DNA of 63,395 bases, the filler included, from Reticulomyxa filosa (taxonomy: Eukaryota > Protista > Foraminifera): assembly GCA_000512085.1 (NCBI GenBank). It is 13 parts of 13 records of this genome, joined end to end, with 100 filler letters (N's around TTAATTAATTAA, not from the genome) between each part and the next. Parts side by side here need not be neighbours in the genome. Positions count along the whole stretch, not along the records: positions 8,286 to 19,901 come from ASPP01004829.1; positions 20,002 to 22,059 come from ASPP01018416.1; positions 22,160 to 23,594 come from ASPP01016580.1; positions 23,695 to 33,677 come from ASPP01010080.1; 9 more parts are not named here. One strand, written 5' to 3'. The stretch's first letter is position 1; each line of letters starts with the position of its first letter. Below, one piece after another: positions 12,588 to 24,768 of this stretch. The notes beneath the pieces are model-generated. The model was given only the letters and a program-made list of their open reading frames with translations. It was not told the origin of the DNA and did no database searches. The translations under genes were made by a program, and so were the position numbers.

Positions 12588-14753
12588 TCAATCAGAACTA
12601 GCAAAATATTGAGCACAGTCAATAACAAATCTCCCCAACATATCTTGATTCTGGCCATGGTTGGTGACGTCTTGTTGGGAAGCTCCACACAATGGAGCAA
12701 TAGCATTCGCAAGATTAAATTGGAAGCTATTAACAGGTTGTTGTTTGGGGTCATACAAAAATGGGGATTGGCCCGTTGGCACGTCAGGTAATTTGGTCGG
12801 ACAGTCGTCCCTTGGATATTCCAAATTCAACATTTGCTCAAAGGTCAGAGCAATATCTTCTCTGTCATTGTAAGGTGGATAGTCAGGTGAGAACTGTTCT
12901 CTTATAGTGTGTGGTAATGAGCTATGCGAATATTGTGACAAAGACCCTGGATCTGGACGGTCACCCACACTTCCTTTTTGGATATACGGAGACACCAATA
13001 CCGCCGGAACTCGGATACCATACCTTGTGAAATTGAAAGGTGGGTAAACATCCTCTGCAACACGACCGTCAGGACTAACAGCAAGCGGAGGGGGAACTGA
13101 ACGAAGAGAAAAAAAAAGGGGAATAAAGTGAACACACGAAAATGTACATTTTTTTAGGAAAAATAAAAAAAAACCGTGATCAAAAAATCCGCCATGTTCA
13201 TCATAAAAAATAAGCAGCAAAGAGTCTTCCCACACTGGTGATTGTCTCAGTGATTCATAAACTCTTTTCATTAATTTTTCTCCATTGGTGACATCATGAT
13301 CAGGGTGCTTACATTGTATTTGTATTTTTTTTTTTAATGGCACCGAAATAAGTAAATAAAAAATTAAACAAAGACAACATTTTTTTATTTATTAAAAAAC
13401 CTCATCAGAAGCAGGAAAATCAGTTAATGCAAAGTAGGCAGGATCCAACCAACTATAAACGTGCATCCACAACAATCACACAAAGAGCAACTGCATAGCA
13501 GTGCGCAAGCGGAAAGGCGCAATTTGAAGTAAAAAAATGGATATGATGACGCGTAACACAATTTAGTCTTAACCTAAAGAGAGGCAAGTCACCACTGTTT
13601 AAATCGACAAAAAATGTTTCCATCTGTCGAAATTTTCTCGGGAATTTTCTTGTGTATTCCACGTATATGGGGCTGGGTGCTTGCTCATAATACACACGCC
13701 AAGTGTTGTTTGTAAAGCTTATCGTTTCATCCAGCATCTTTTCATTTAATTCATATGTGCAACAAAGGATAGGAAAAATGCAACCAAATAAACTTTTTTT
13801 TGAAGTCACACATAAAATACAGATAAAAACGGGGTAAAATCCCCCTTTTTTTTTTTGCACACAAAGCAAAAATTAACCTGAAATACATTTGGCCCCACAC
13901 ATCCGGCGATCAGTCTATCTGCAGTATTATCCCCTAATCCAGAAGATGTGGCCATCCATGCGTACAAACGATTGGGATCTGTCGGTCCGGGGACATCACA
14001 GTACCAACGATCATAAACACCAAATTCATTGGCCAGTGTTGTTATAATCGGCACTGCCGAAGGGTCAAAGCATTGCATTATTATTGTTCCGTTGTCATTC
14101 ACTTTTGTGTCTTTGAACGCGTAATCATAGACAAATCCATTCTTTAAAAATAAAAAAAGAAACAAACATCAAAAGGAACACTAAGCAAAAGGGGTTAATT
14201 TTTTTGTACGTATACGTGATGCGTACATTTTTATGTATGTTTTTTTGACGAGGTTATTGTACGATTGAACACACACATAATAGTCTCAAATACCATTGGG
14301 GGTGGCCACACATCGTCCGAGCCAAGTCCAAATAATTGAGTTGTCGTCCCAGGAATACTGTGATCTGGATCCCCGGGTTGAACATATACTGCGTTGCTAT
14401 CAACAAAAATTAAATCTTCATTTGGGTATTGTGGGTTTACTGGATTGGAACAATTGCTTCCAAGAGACGGTAAACAACCATCGATCTCACTTCGATTCGC
14501 ACGAAGATAGCCCAACATATGGTCTTTTGTGTACATATACATGCATATGTTTAGTTATTGGGTTACCATTTCCACCCCCCCTTTTACTCTCATATCACGA
14601 ACCAAAGCTTCTGTTTTCAAACATGATGGCAATAACATGTTTTATTCGTCCTCCAAACATTGGCGGCAATCCATCTTCGTCATTCAAGTCAGTTTTTGTT
14701 TGTGCTCCAAATACTGCTGCTAATAAACAGCTTGCAATTAGGATTTTTCGCAT
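12588..14753 (-). CDS. Secreted phosphoesterase-family (non-specific phospholipase C / AcpA-like) enzyme, 7 exons
   Basis: Signal peptide MRKILIASCLLAAVFG; spliced motifs IKHVIAIMFENRSFDHMLG, VPGPTDPNR, SDEHPDHDV, YDEHGGFFDHVPPP, RYGIRVPAVLVSPY, YSHSS. Confidence 0.92.
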
Positions 14754-15487
14754 TTTTGACCGCTTTCTTCCCAAAAAATTTCGTGCTGCACAAACTTTAA
14801 TACAAAACATTTACGTACCTCTTTTGTCATGGCACTGATTTTTTAAAAACCGTATCTAATGATGAAATCCGTATCAAACAAAAATTCTCTCATAAAGAAG
14901 GGCTGTGATAACAAAGCTAGGAATATGTATAAATCAGAAAATTGTACTGATGCCACAAATTGGGTAACGAAAAAACTCGTCAAAATTGTCACTTTATAAA
15001 AAATGTTAAGCTGATGATTCAAAAAGATTAATTTATTTGTTTATCATAGCGTCGAAAACACAAAAAATAACAACTTGCCAAATCATACCCTGCGAAAAGG
15101 AGCGTATTTTTATTTGGACCAAACTTTTTTTTCGATTCACAAAATAACACAATGAAACATCAATTGGCTAGTATTTGTAAAAAAAAAAACAGAACAAAAC
15201 AAACGAAAACATGATGACAATAAAAAACAAACAAAAACAAGCAAGACACACAGCAATGTCTACAGTTCCAACAAAAACAAGTCTTTTGTCTAGTTTCGAA
15301 CAAAAGATCTTCAACAAAAAAAACAAAATGCTTGACTAGAAAAAAAACAAAAGTAAAAATAAGCAAAGCTCAAAACAAATTGAGAGAGAACAAAACACCT
15401 CACCACAACAATTTCGTTTTTTTTTTTTGACATGGACAGATAAAAAAAGAGTTAATAAAAAAAAACAAAAACAAATTTTTTGCTAAG

Positions 15488-15518
<31 letters not shown>

Positions 15519-15567
15519 TTGTACATGTATATGCAATATTTAATATGTGTTGGAAAAATTGACTGTT

Positions 15568-16914
15568 TCAAACAGAGCTCTGAGGTCCAATATTTTGTGA
15601 AGAAGACGAATCAGTGGTAAGTATAGCTCGTGATTCGCCGCTAGTAGGGACGCAGTTCGATTTGGTTGGCAAACGCTCTCTGCTTCGGGTAGATCTAGGC
15701 AAAGGCAACTTCGTACGTGACTGTTTGATTTGTGTGGTAGCACGTTCTCGTTTTTCTTGTTTTCTGTATTCATCCAAGCGATCATCATCATCGTGGCATT
15801 GCTCGCTCTTAGAAATGTCAAGTGCAGCATCCAAAGGCACGCGGCAAACTCCTTGCGGAAGGAGTTGTGAGAGTGAACTTTGCATTAGTGTATATTGCTG
15901 TTGCAGCAATTGTGTTTCCTCTTTTTCAATGTCCTCCAAGCTGACGTGTTTCAAAATGAAAGGATGCGTACACAATGTGTCGCAAGTCAACCTCTCTTTC
16001 GGGTTCAAATGCATCAATGCTTTTACACACGACACTGCCTCTGCGGATATGTCATCCCAATGGGGCGTTGGAAAACGGTATTGCCCCCGTATTATCATGC
16101 CATACATTGCACGGATTGACCTTTTTTTTTTTTTGACGATTTTTTTCGTTTTTAATTTTGCAATAATGTGCCCCCCCCTTTTTTTATTTTTTTTTATTTT
16201 ATCATTATTCTTAAAAAAAAAAACACACACACACATCAAAGCCATACGTGGAATTAAATGGTTGATATCCAGATAACATAATGTACAAAATAACCCCCAA
16301 ACTCCAAAAATCTACTTGGAAACCGTACTCCTCGGAACTCAGGACTTCAGGGGCAACGTAATGAGGAGTTCCGCAACAGGTGTGCATGAGGTGAAGTTCT
16401 GGCTGCAGTTTCAGGTAATGGGCCAAGCCAAAGTCCGTGATTTTGATTTGACCATCTTTGGCGAACAGTATATTTTCTGGCTTCAAGTCTCGGTGAACTA
16501 CGCAGTGCTCGTGCAAGTATTTCAACGCGCGAGCAATTTTGCATACGACTTGTGCTGCTTTTTTTTCGCCAATCGCTTGTCTTTTACTTTCAACATTTGA
16601 TCAAACAAATCCCCACCTTCGCATAGCTCCAATACAATTTTCACTTTTCGACGATCCTCAAACACGTCCACCGCCTTTATCACCAATGGGTGTTCCATTG
16701 CTTGCAAAATCTTTATCTCATATTTCAAACCGACCAACTCCCTTGGTGTCAGATTTTTTTTGTCAATTATCTTCACTGCGAATGCTTGCTTCGGATCACT
16801 CTTGCGGTAGCACCTCTTCACTACTGCAAACGTTCCACTTCCTATTCGATCTCCCGTCACATAGTAATCATTGAAACGCGCAGATACATTGCCGATCGCT
16901 GGTTGATTTCCCAT
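15568..16914 (-). CDS. CAMK-group Ser/Thr kinase (CaMKI-like), predicted N-myristoylated
   Basis: GSGTFAVV, AVKII, HRDLKPEN, DFG, CGTPHYVAPE. One intron (~16112-16246) and a 1-nt frameshift near 16565 in a homopolymer. Starts MG. Confidence 0.9.
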
Positions 16915-17374
16915 TTTTCTTTTCCTCCAGGATTTTTGTTTTTTATCAAAACTTCAACTCTATCAACTGATTCACTTCCCCCCCTGTTTTGGAAAAAACG
17001 CTTCAGAGCTGGGCCATGTCGAACAAACTGTGTTCTTGTGTTTTAAAATAGTGTTTCTCAATTACCTTTATCACACCCTGCTTTAAACAAAAATAATTTT
17101 TTTTGGAAGACAACGAAAAGAAACAGTCTTTATTCACTTTTTTTTCTCCCAAGAGTGCCAAGACAAAATGTGTTGTGTTCTATATTTTAAATTAGCTAAA
17201 TGCTGTTTATTTTTTGTTATTTTGAAGCTGATTGACCTTTGACTAGACAAGTTTTTCGTGATACCCCTTTTGAATATTTTTTGTTATTTGGCTTGAGGTA
17301 TATAGTTCGTTAGCAGTACAGGCCTTTTGGTTTGGCTTATATGCTCTTGAGGTGAAATCACTGAGCAAGAACAT

Positions 17375-18529
17375 ATGGCGGGGGAATTTCGGCACTTGGA
17401 GCTTTACTCGGGTATTGGTGGGTTTCGGTGTGCTTTGTCAGGAGTACTGTCCAACGTAGTATCAATTGCAATTGACAACAATGAAAAAGCAAATGAAACG
17501 TATCACTACAACTTCAATGATGTTGTGCCTAAACGAATAAATATTGAGCATTTAACAAAAGATGACATTGAAAAGATGGAGTTAGATCTGCTGACCTTAT
17601 CACCTCCTTGTCAGCCTTATACTCGTTTTGGCAAGCAACTTGGAGTGAGTGACAATCGGAGCAACAGTTTACATCACGTAATTTCGTTGTTGTCTGAGCT
17701 TGACTCAAAGTGTTTACCGGGTTATATTTTATTAGAAAATGTAGTTGGCTTTGAAAACTCTGAGTGTTGTAAAGCATTTATTGAAATGTTGTTATATCGC
17801 AAGTACCTTTTTCAAATATTCATCCTTACTCCAACTCAAATAAATATTCCAAATACGCGAAACAGAGTGTACATTTTGGCAAAACGAGAACAGCATCACA
17901 AACAGACATCACTCCATTTTCCGCTCCCTGTTGAATGTCAATCGATGGATCTAAAATGGAGCCAGACTTTGGAGTGGAAACAAAGAGAGCAATTTTTATA
18001 CCGATGTGTACCAATCCACGTTCACATGAACAAAACAACGGTAACCATTGGAGAGACTCTATTCTTGCCACATACAGGTTGTACAGAAATTCAAGTAGGA
18101 ATTGCCAATGAGCAGATCGAATTGCCACTCCAACTGTGGCAACAAAAGTTTGCGGATTATCGCTTTAGCATAGCTGCATTGGACTCCCAAAACTCGGAGT
18201 GTTTCACTCAACACTATGGAGTCCATCTAAAAGGTACAGGCTCTTATTTTTTTTGTGGGGAAAGTAAACTTTTACGGAGCTCTTTGAAAAGAACAGAGCC
18301 TCTTATGAGTGCCAACGAGCTTCCATTAGTCTATGCAAAGGGCAAGGAGCTCTCTCAGCTTTGTGGTCAAATTCGATTCTTCTCTCCAAGAGAAATGTTG
18401 TGTCTGATGGGATTTCCAACCACCTACAAACTGCCTCCAACTCTGGGCACGCGATCTTGTTACAAATTGATTGGTAACTCGGTTAATGTGTCCATTTGCA
18501 AGATTCTCTTAAAACACTTGTTGTCATAA
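17375..18529 (+). CDS. TRDMT1: DNMT2/TRDMT1 tRNA (cytosine-38) C5-methyltransferase, intronless
   Basis: LELYSGIGG (motif I), SPPCQPYTR (IV), ENV (VI), PNTRNR (VIII), the DNMT2-specific CFTxxY...GTGS, RFFSPRE and YKLIGNSVNV. Confidence 0.95.
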   Translation: MAGEFRHLELYSGIGGFRCALSGVLSNVVSIAIDNNEKANETYHYNFNDVVPKRINIEHLTKDDIEKMELDLLTLSPPCQPYTRFGKQLGVSDNRSNSLHHVISLLSELDSKCLPGYILLENVVGFENSECCKAFIEMLLYRKYLFQIFILTPTQINIPNTRNRVYILAKREQHHKQTSLHFPLPVECQSMDLKWSQTLEWKQREQFLYRCVPIHVHMNKTTVTIGETLFLPHTGCTEIQVGIANEQIELPLQLWQQKFADYRFSIAALDSQNSECFTQHYGVHLKGTGSYFFCGESKLLRSSLKRTEPLMSANELPLVYAKGKELSQLCGQIRFFSPREMLCLMGFPTTYKLPPTLGTRSCYKLIGNSVNVSICKILLKHLLS

Positions 18530-18737
18530 GCTTTATTTTAAAACGTAACAATTCGCAATATTTTTTCATTTTTTATTTGTTTGATTTAACATTGATTAAA
18601 CAAAAAAAAAAAGTGCTATGCTATGGAGATCAAAAATTCAATATTTTGATACACTTGCAACAATTACTTCATAAAAAAAAAAATCGCAAAAACAATATCA
18701 ATAACAGAAATGATTAGTTGAATTTTAAAAAATAACT

Positions 18738-19860
18738 TTATCCCAAAACTTTAAAATGACTTACATCCCAAAGGAATATTTTAGAGTCATCTTCTTTGGA
18801 CTCTTCAGATTCTTCCGAAATTTTGTGTTCTTTGGCCTTTTCACTTTCTTTGGGCTTTTCGCTTTCTTTGGATTTTTTGGGTTTGTAGCGTTCTTCCTGT
18901 ATTCCTTGGAGATGATCCTTTAGTTCTTTGTTACTAAACTTGAATGCTATGTGGTCAGCTGCTTTGACGACATGTGGAATTCTGACAGCGTCTTGTGTGC
19001 TGTCGAAATACAGATGGCACAAATGTGACGAAAAAGTTTGTAGCGCCCTCTTGCCTTCTTTGTCTTCTTTTTCTTCTTCTTCGTCTTCGTTTTCTTTATT
19101 TTTTGTTTCTTTTTTTTTATTTATTAGCTCCATTTCATCTGCAATGACAATATATCGGCTTGGAATGGAGCCACTGTCTTCCTTAGTTTGACACGAAATC
19201 AAAAAAAACTCGTGATGCTTTCCGGAACTATGTCTTGATCAACAACAGTGCCCGGGACTATACCTTGTGGGGAGTGGAATCTCGTCTTTACTCTTTTTTG
19301 AACGATAATGAATTCAATTTTGCATTTTATTTTTTCTTCCTCCAATACTTTACGCAAGCTGCAAACCTCTTCTTCTGCAATGGTTTCGAGTTGTGATTCA
19401 GAGACTCCATCCCTAAAAGTAGAGCCAGGTCAACAATAACAACAAACAAACAAATCACGCTAAAGCGAGTATAAATATGGTCAAACTTTTTGACAGTATT
19501 GTCCTTCCTCCCTCATTTCGAACCTGTAAAAGAAAATTTGTTCTGGATATTTATCGTTGCAGCTGCGAAATTTTTTTAAGGCTTTTTTGAAATAGAAAGC
19601 AATTGTTTTCACCAGTTCCACCCCCATCTTCTGGTATCCAATTATCTGGTGAAGCTTTACCATGTCGGAATCGTAAGTGGACGTAAACGCAACCACAGAA
19701 CTTTTCGTCACACGATTGTGACACACATCCATGCCAATGACCATTTTGAACTGACTGAAATTGAGTCTCTTATAGCAATCGTGCGTCCAGTCAATTTTCC
19801 AAGGGACCCAATTTGCTTTCACTAACAAGCTATTGATGCAGCGATACAAACATAGCCGCA
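18738..19860 (-). CDS. Argonaute/PIWI family protein, PIWI-domain C-terminal part (5' end lost at contig end)
   Basis: VPW..MVIGMDVCH, FFYR|DGVSESQL (intron 19413-19523), IIVQKRVKTRF, PGTVVD, FFLIS (1-nt shift in the A8 run at 19201-19208), LCHLYF..AVRIPHVVKAAD. Confidence 0.93.
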
Positions 19861-20001
19861 CGCGTCGTCTTTGCAAAATGTTCTTTTTTTTCCCCCCCCC
19901 CNNNNNNNNNNNNNNNNNNNNNNNNNNNNNNNNNNNNNNNNNNNNTTAATTAATTAANNNNNNNNNNNNNNNNNNNNNNNNNNNNNNNNNNNNNNNNNNN
20001 N

Positions 20002-22011
20002 CTCAAGCCAAAGTCGGATATGACAAGTTGTGTATCATCGACAGGATGGGTACACAAGATGTTTTCCGGTTTCAAATCTCTGTGAATAATGCCAAAGCTA
20101 TGTAGATATTGCAGCGCATCCAACAGCTTCCAAATGATAATTTTGGTCACCTGTTCCGAAAACACTTTTGGCTTGCCGGGCCTTTCGGACCATCGTTTGA
20201 ACAAGTCTCCATGCTCCACTAACGCCATGATCATATAAATCATCTTACGATCCTCAAACACGTCCAACATATTGATGATATACGGATGCTTCACCAGTTT
20301 CATAATGGCGATTTCATTGCGAAGTGACATTTGCTGACTGGCGTCCACTTTGCTCTTTTCCACGACTTTGATCGCATACTTTTTGTTCGTTTTTTTATGC
20401 GTACCTAAATGAACCACACTAAAATGGCCTCGTCCCAATATCTCCCCAATTTTGTAATAATCATCCAGCGATCCCGTCGACGCTGCTCTTCGCAACACTT
20501 TCACCCATTCGTTGCGCTCTTCCTTCGTTCTCGTGTATTTCCGCAACGGCAGCGTATCAGCATTGTTGTGTGGTGGCTGCAATTCAATCCCAAAGTATTG
20601 CTTCGACTTATCTTTGGCACGTGCGTAATTGTCATCAAAAGGCTCAATAAACCATCCTTGCACGAAGAACACGTCCGAGGCCACCCTGTCTTCGTGGCGT
20701 TTGAACGTATACAGCTTTTTGTCCTCCAACACGTAATAGCGTTCCACCAAAATACCTGTGTTCCGTCCAATCTTGAACAACGGGCCACTTTTACGGATCG
20801 AAGGCTTGGCGTGGTTGCGCGAAATTATGTTGTTTTCCCATTGCTCGTGGTGTTGCGATTTCACGTTGTGCTTTTCAAGCTCTTGGCCGCATTGCATACA
20901 AAACTTGATTGCCAGTCTCGGTGCGGGCCATCTTTTTCAAGTATCAACACGTCCGTAGAGGCCGACGCTACTTCTGGTTCTTTCCGTTCCGTTTTTTGTG
21001 TCGTGATTGCCGCATCGCTCGTGTCCTCGGCCAAATGAACCTCCCCACCGGATGTGCGCGCCGAGCCCAAAGACTGCGGCACTCCGGTTTGTGTCGACGT
21101 CGAATATTTGAACCCACATGCGCCGCACATGTACACGGTGTAATACTCTTCATACACTTCCTGCTCATGCAAGTCCATTAGTTTCTCATGCAATGGCAAC
21201 AGCCCCGGAGGAATAAAACTTTGCAGTGCCAAAGCTTTTTCTATGCGTACAAGTTTGTGTGATAGATACGTGGTGACACTACACTTATACAGACACATAA
21301 GTATATGTACATATACATATATATATATACATATTTATGTAAATAATATATGTGATCATCCCTTTTTTATTATTGGTTAAAAAAAAAAAAAAAAAAAAAA
21401 GTAGTATTGAAAGTGCACTGACTTCGAGGGGAATTGTCACCGCGATTGTGAAAGTATGTCGGTCCAGGTGATGCCGACGGTGCGTCAGGACTACTGGCGT
21501 GAGTACTTGCCGGTGTGGTGATATCCGGAGACACGGCGGACAGTCCACCGGCGCCTATACCGTGTGAAAAGTGAGCGTACTCGCCTTGGAGGAATTCTGT
21601 CGGGTTGTCATTTTCTCTTTTTTTCTCTTCTCTTTCTTTTTCATTGTCTTTGCCGTGTTCATCTTCGTTGTTCTTTTCCCATTCTCTCTCTCCGTCTTTG
21701 TCCCTCTCTTTGTCTTTGTCTTTTTCTTCGTCGTTGTGCTGGATCTGGTCGTCATTGGTATTTTCATCGGCAGGAATAATGCCATCCATCAGATGCTTGT
21801 CAAACACGGAATTGAGCAATTCCATCGCTTCTGGGTTCCTTGTCACCCATTCGCAAAATTGAGCACGGCTAAGTTTTTCCGTATTTTCTTGGTCCAAGTG
21901 CAAAAATGCTTCGTCAACCAAGTTGTTCACTGTTTTTCGCGTTCTTTCTGCCAATCGAAACATATCTTGGGTATCATTCACTGGATTCAATGTCTTATTT
22001 TTGTTAATCAT
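20002..22011 (-). CDS. EF-hand / CxxC..CxxC / PH / CAMK kinase protein (CDPK7-like architecture), partial at both ends
   Basis: EF-hand-like EAFLHLDQENTEKLSRAQFCEWV; CGAC...CMQC; PH domain KSGPLFKIG..ERYYVL..EERNEWVKVLR; kinase GRGHFSVV, HRDLKPEN, SDFGL. Intron ~21241-21422 and a 1-nt shift near 20909. Confidence 0.85.
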
Positions 22012-22165
22012 ATTATTATTATTATTATTATTATTATTATCATTATTGTTATTATTTTGNNNNNNNNNNNNNNNNNNNNNNNNNNNNNNNNNNNNNNNNN
22101 NNNTTAATTAATTAANNNNNNNNNNNNNNNNNNNNNNNNNNNNNNNNNNNNNNNNNNNNTTTTTT

Positions 22166-22201
<36 letters not shown>

Positions 22202-22249
22202 TGCGTGCGTTTTTTTTTGTTTTTTTTTTGGTGACAAAAAAGATGTTTT

Positions 22250-22940
22250 CTAAAGGTACGCATACAAAAAAAAAAAAGAAATGTGTGTTTGTTGCCAGAT
22301 GTCTTCTGTAAACCTGAATGCTTTACAATCATGTGCGACATCTTTCCATGGACCTGTGAACATGTTTTCACACTCAAATTCGATGCTTTTCCAGTTTGTT
22401 TGGAGAGAATCCAATCTGTCGATAATTTTATTCCATGAAACCATTATCTCGGCAAATAAGTCTTTCACGTTTTGTGCCCATTTCACGATTTGACATATGA
22501 TCTCTTTCGTCTTACTGATTTGCTCAGTGATACTTTTTTCTCTGAAAATCTCTAGTATGTTTTTATTTGCGATTAATTGCAACTTTCGTGTAATATCAAT
22601 AGCTGTTTCAATTTTGCACTTGCTCGTTGATTGGTCCTCGATAAAAAATTAGTTTCCATTCCAACGTATCCTTTATTGCTTGCTGCAATCTGGCTTCAAA
22701 CTTTTGTCTTTTTTGTTTGAAGTAATCTTGAAAAAACCATATACCCCCTCGTGATTTGTTGATCACTTTTTCTATCTTTTGTAACAATAACACGGATTGA
22801 ATCAAGTCGCTCTGGATTGTCTCCAAAACTTTTAGCTCCATTTCCGAGTTGCCACGCTGCTCAATCACTCGTCTCGTGGCCGCAAGCCTTTCTACATTTT
22901 CCTCTTCTGAAAAATGGTTTGAAGAAGCCACTTTGGTCAT
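22250..22940 (-). CDS. Hypothetical helical/coiled-coil protein
   Basis: Two consecutive ORFs join through a 1-nt shift in an A-run near 22612 (EQVQ/IETAIDITRKLQL). No family recognised. Confidence 0.55.
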
Positions 22941-23798
22941 TATTAAACTAAATTGTAAAGAAGAGAGCAAAAAGAAAGAAGTTGTTTGATTGTTTAGATT
23001 GGGAAGGAATGTTTTTACTATTTGCCTTTTGAAGTTGAAATTTATTGCACTGTGTCAAAACTGAGAAATAATGCATTCCTTTACTATAAGTTAGTTGGTT
23101 TTTTCAGAAATGAACAAAGCACACTCTTGATTAAAACTTCTTTTTTTTTGTTTCTCCTACAGTAATACATTCAGCTAACTTATGTTCATAAAATGTCCCA
23201 ACGTTTGTAACACCAGCATTCATTTCTTTTCTTATTGAGTTTTTCTACTTTCGCAAGAAGAGCAAGGAAAGAACAGGATGCCAAACGTATAATTTTGCTT
23301 GCAATTGAATGACAAAAAAAGAAAAATTTTGAAAAGAGACTGTTTCGTTGTTTGAACAATAAGATTTTATTTGCCCCAAAAAAAAAAAAAAAGGAATAAA
23401 CAAATAACAAAAAATATCACACTGTTGTCACAAGACAAGTTTTTTTATTAATAAGCTAAGGGTGAACCCTAAACGTGGTTCACTGTTAGTTTGCATCAAA
23501 CTAAACATTGAAACACTTCAAAAATATTTTTTACCCCACTCACTTTGTAAATTTTACAAAAAAAAAAAACAAAAAAATTTCAAATGTACGAAGCNNNNNN
23601 NNNNNNNNNNNNNNNNNNNNNNNNNNNNNNNNNNNNNNTTAATTAATTAANNNNNNNNNNNNNNNNNNNNNNNNNNNNNNNNNNNNNNNNNNNNTTTTTT
23701 TTTGCGCCAAAGTTTGTACAATTTTTCTTGCTCTGTTTATTTTTTCTTTTCTAAAAAAAAACAAGCAAAAATAGTGAACACAATTAAAAGAAATGAAA

Positions 23799-24443
23799 TT
23801 ATACGTAGATTGCTTGTATGCTATGTTTATCCAATTCATCTCCCGATTTGTCGATATCATCATTACTTGTAGGAGAATGATGTCGCTGTCGTGATTTTTT
23901 TTTGAGATTGTTTGTTGGGTTGTATGTTTCCAAAGATTTGGCATTGTCATCATTTTTCATTAATGTGTCTATCAAATAATCGTCTCCAAGAATTTCCAGT
24001 TCTCCCTTACTTTGTTCGCCATTTTTGCTGTTGTCATTATCAATGTGTGATACACATTCAGCCATCTTTGTATTGTTTTCCATTTCCACATTGTTCTTGT
24101 CCGGTTCTGTTCTGGGAGACTGAGTTGCCGATTTAAAGGTCAATTCAGGCGGATTTGTCTTCAGAAAACCCTCGGCCAGCACAAAATCACATATTCCACA
24201 TTGCAAAGCCAGTAGCGTATTTTCAAATGTGCACTTTGGACAAATTTTGTTTTTGTTTCGAGAATCGTTTTGGCTCGGGGAACTTGGCCTCTGCACAACT
24301 GCTTTTGCTTTTTGAGGAGAAGGGCAAGGACGATTGCATTGACAACATTTTTCTCTTTCAAAAGGATTTTTCAGGTTACACAAGGCACAAGACCAGGTCT
24401 CATTTGCAGAAGAGACAATATGATTCAAGTCCGATTGAGACAT
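23799..24443 (-). CDS. Protein with two RanBP2/NZF-type zinc fingers, probably 3'-truncated
   Basis: WSCALCNLKNPFEREKCCQC and KICPKCTFENTLLALQCGIC (TF in the second finger is the ubiquitin-binding NZF signature). Confidence 0.8.
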   Translation of the reverse strand: MSQSDLNHIVSSANETWSCALCNLKNPFEREKCCQCNRPCPSPQKAKAVVQRPSSPSQNDSRNKNKICPKCTFENTLLALQCGICDFVLAEGFLKTNPPELTFKSATQSPRTEPDKNNVEMENNTKMAECVSHIDNDNSKNGEQSKGELEILGDDYLIDTLMKNDDNAKSLETYNPTNNLKKKSRQRHHSPTSNDDIDKSGDELDKHSIQAIYV

Positions 24444-24768
24444 CAAACAACAGAACGTACAGTCGTCCCCTGACGCACAGCTACTAAAGAACAGCCGCAA
24501 CTAAGCAAAAACGAAAAAAAATTACACTACTTTAACAATTTAAGAGCTGTAAAAATAGATTTTAGCATAACGCTAGCACAAAAATCAATTATTCGTATTA
24601 AGTAATATTTTTTGCATATTTAATTTGTACAAGCAATTTTAGTTGAGAAATGGGTGACAGCTTCAAGCCTTGGATTCAGTTATATTGTGTTGGCGTAGAA
24701 CCGAGTTTTTTTTTGAGCTTGTTTTTGTTGTCGGAGATATCTGCAGTTGTTTTTAAAAAACTGATAAT

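Noticed and set aside
17375-19860. Prokaryotic Argonaute plus restriction-type methylase defence island or contamination
   Set aside because: The Argonaute has a spliceosomal intron and eukaryotic motifs, the methylase has the DNMT2-specific CFT motif, and the neighbours are eukaryotic.
15614-21862. Long antisense ORFs over the kinase genes (e.g. 15614-16276, 20409-21038, 21571-22107)
   Set aside because: Shadows of real coding sequence with no recognisable motifs.
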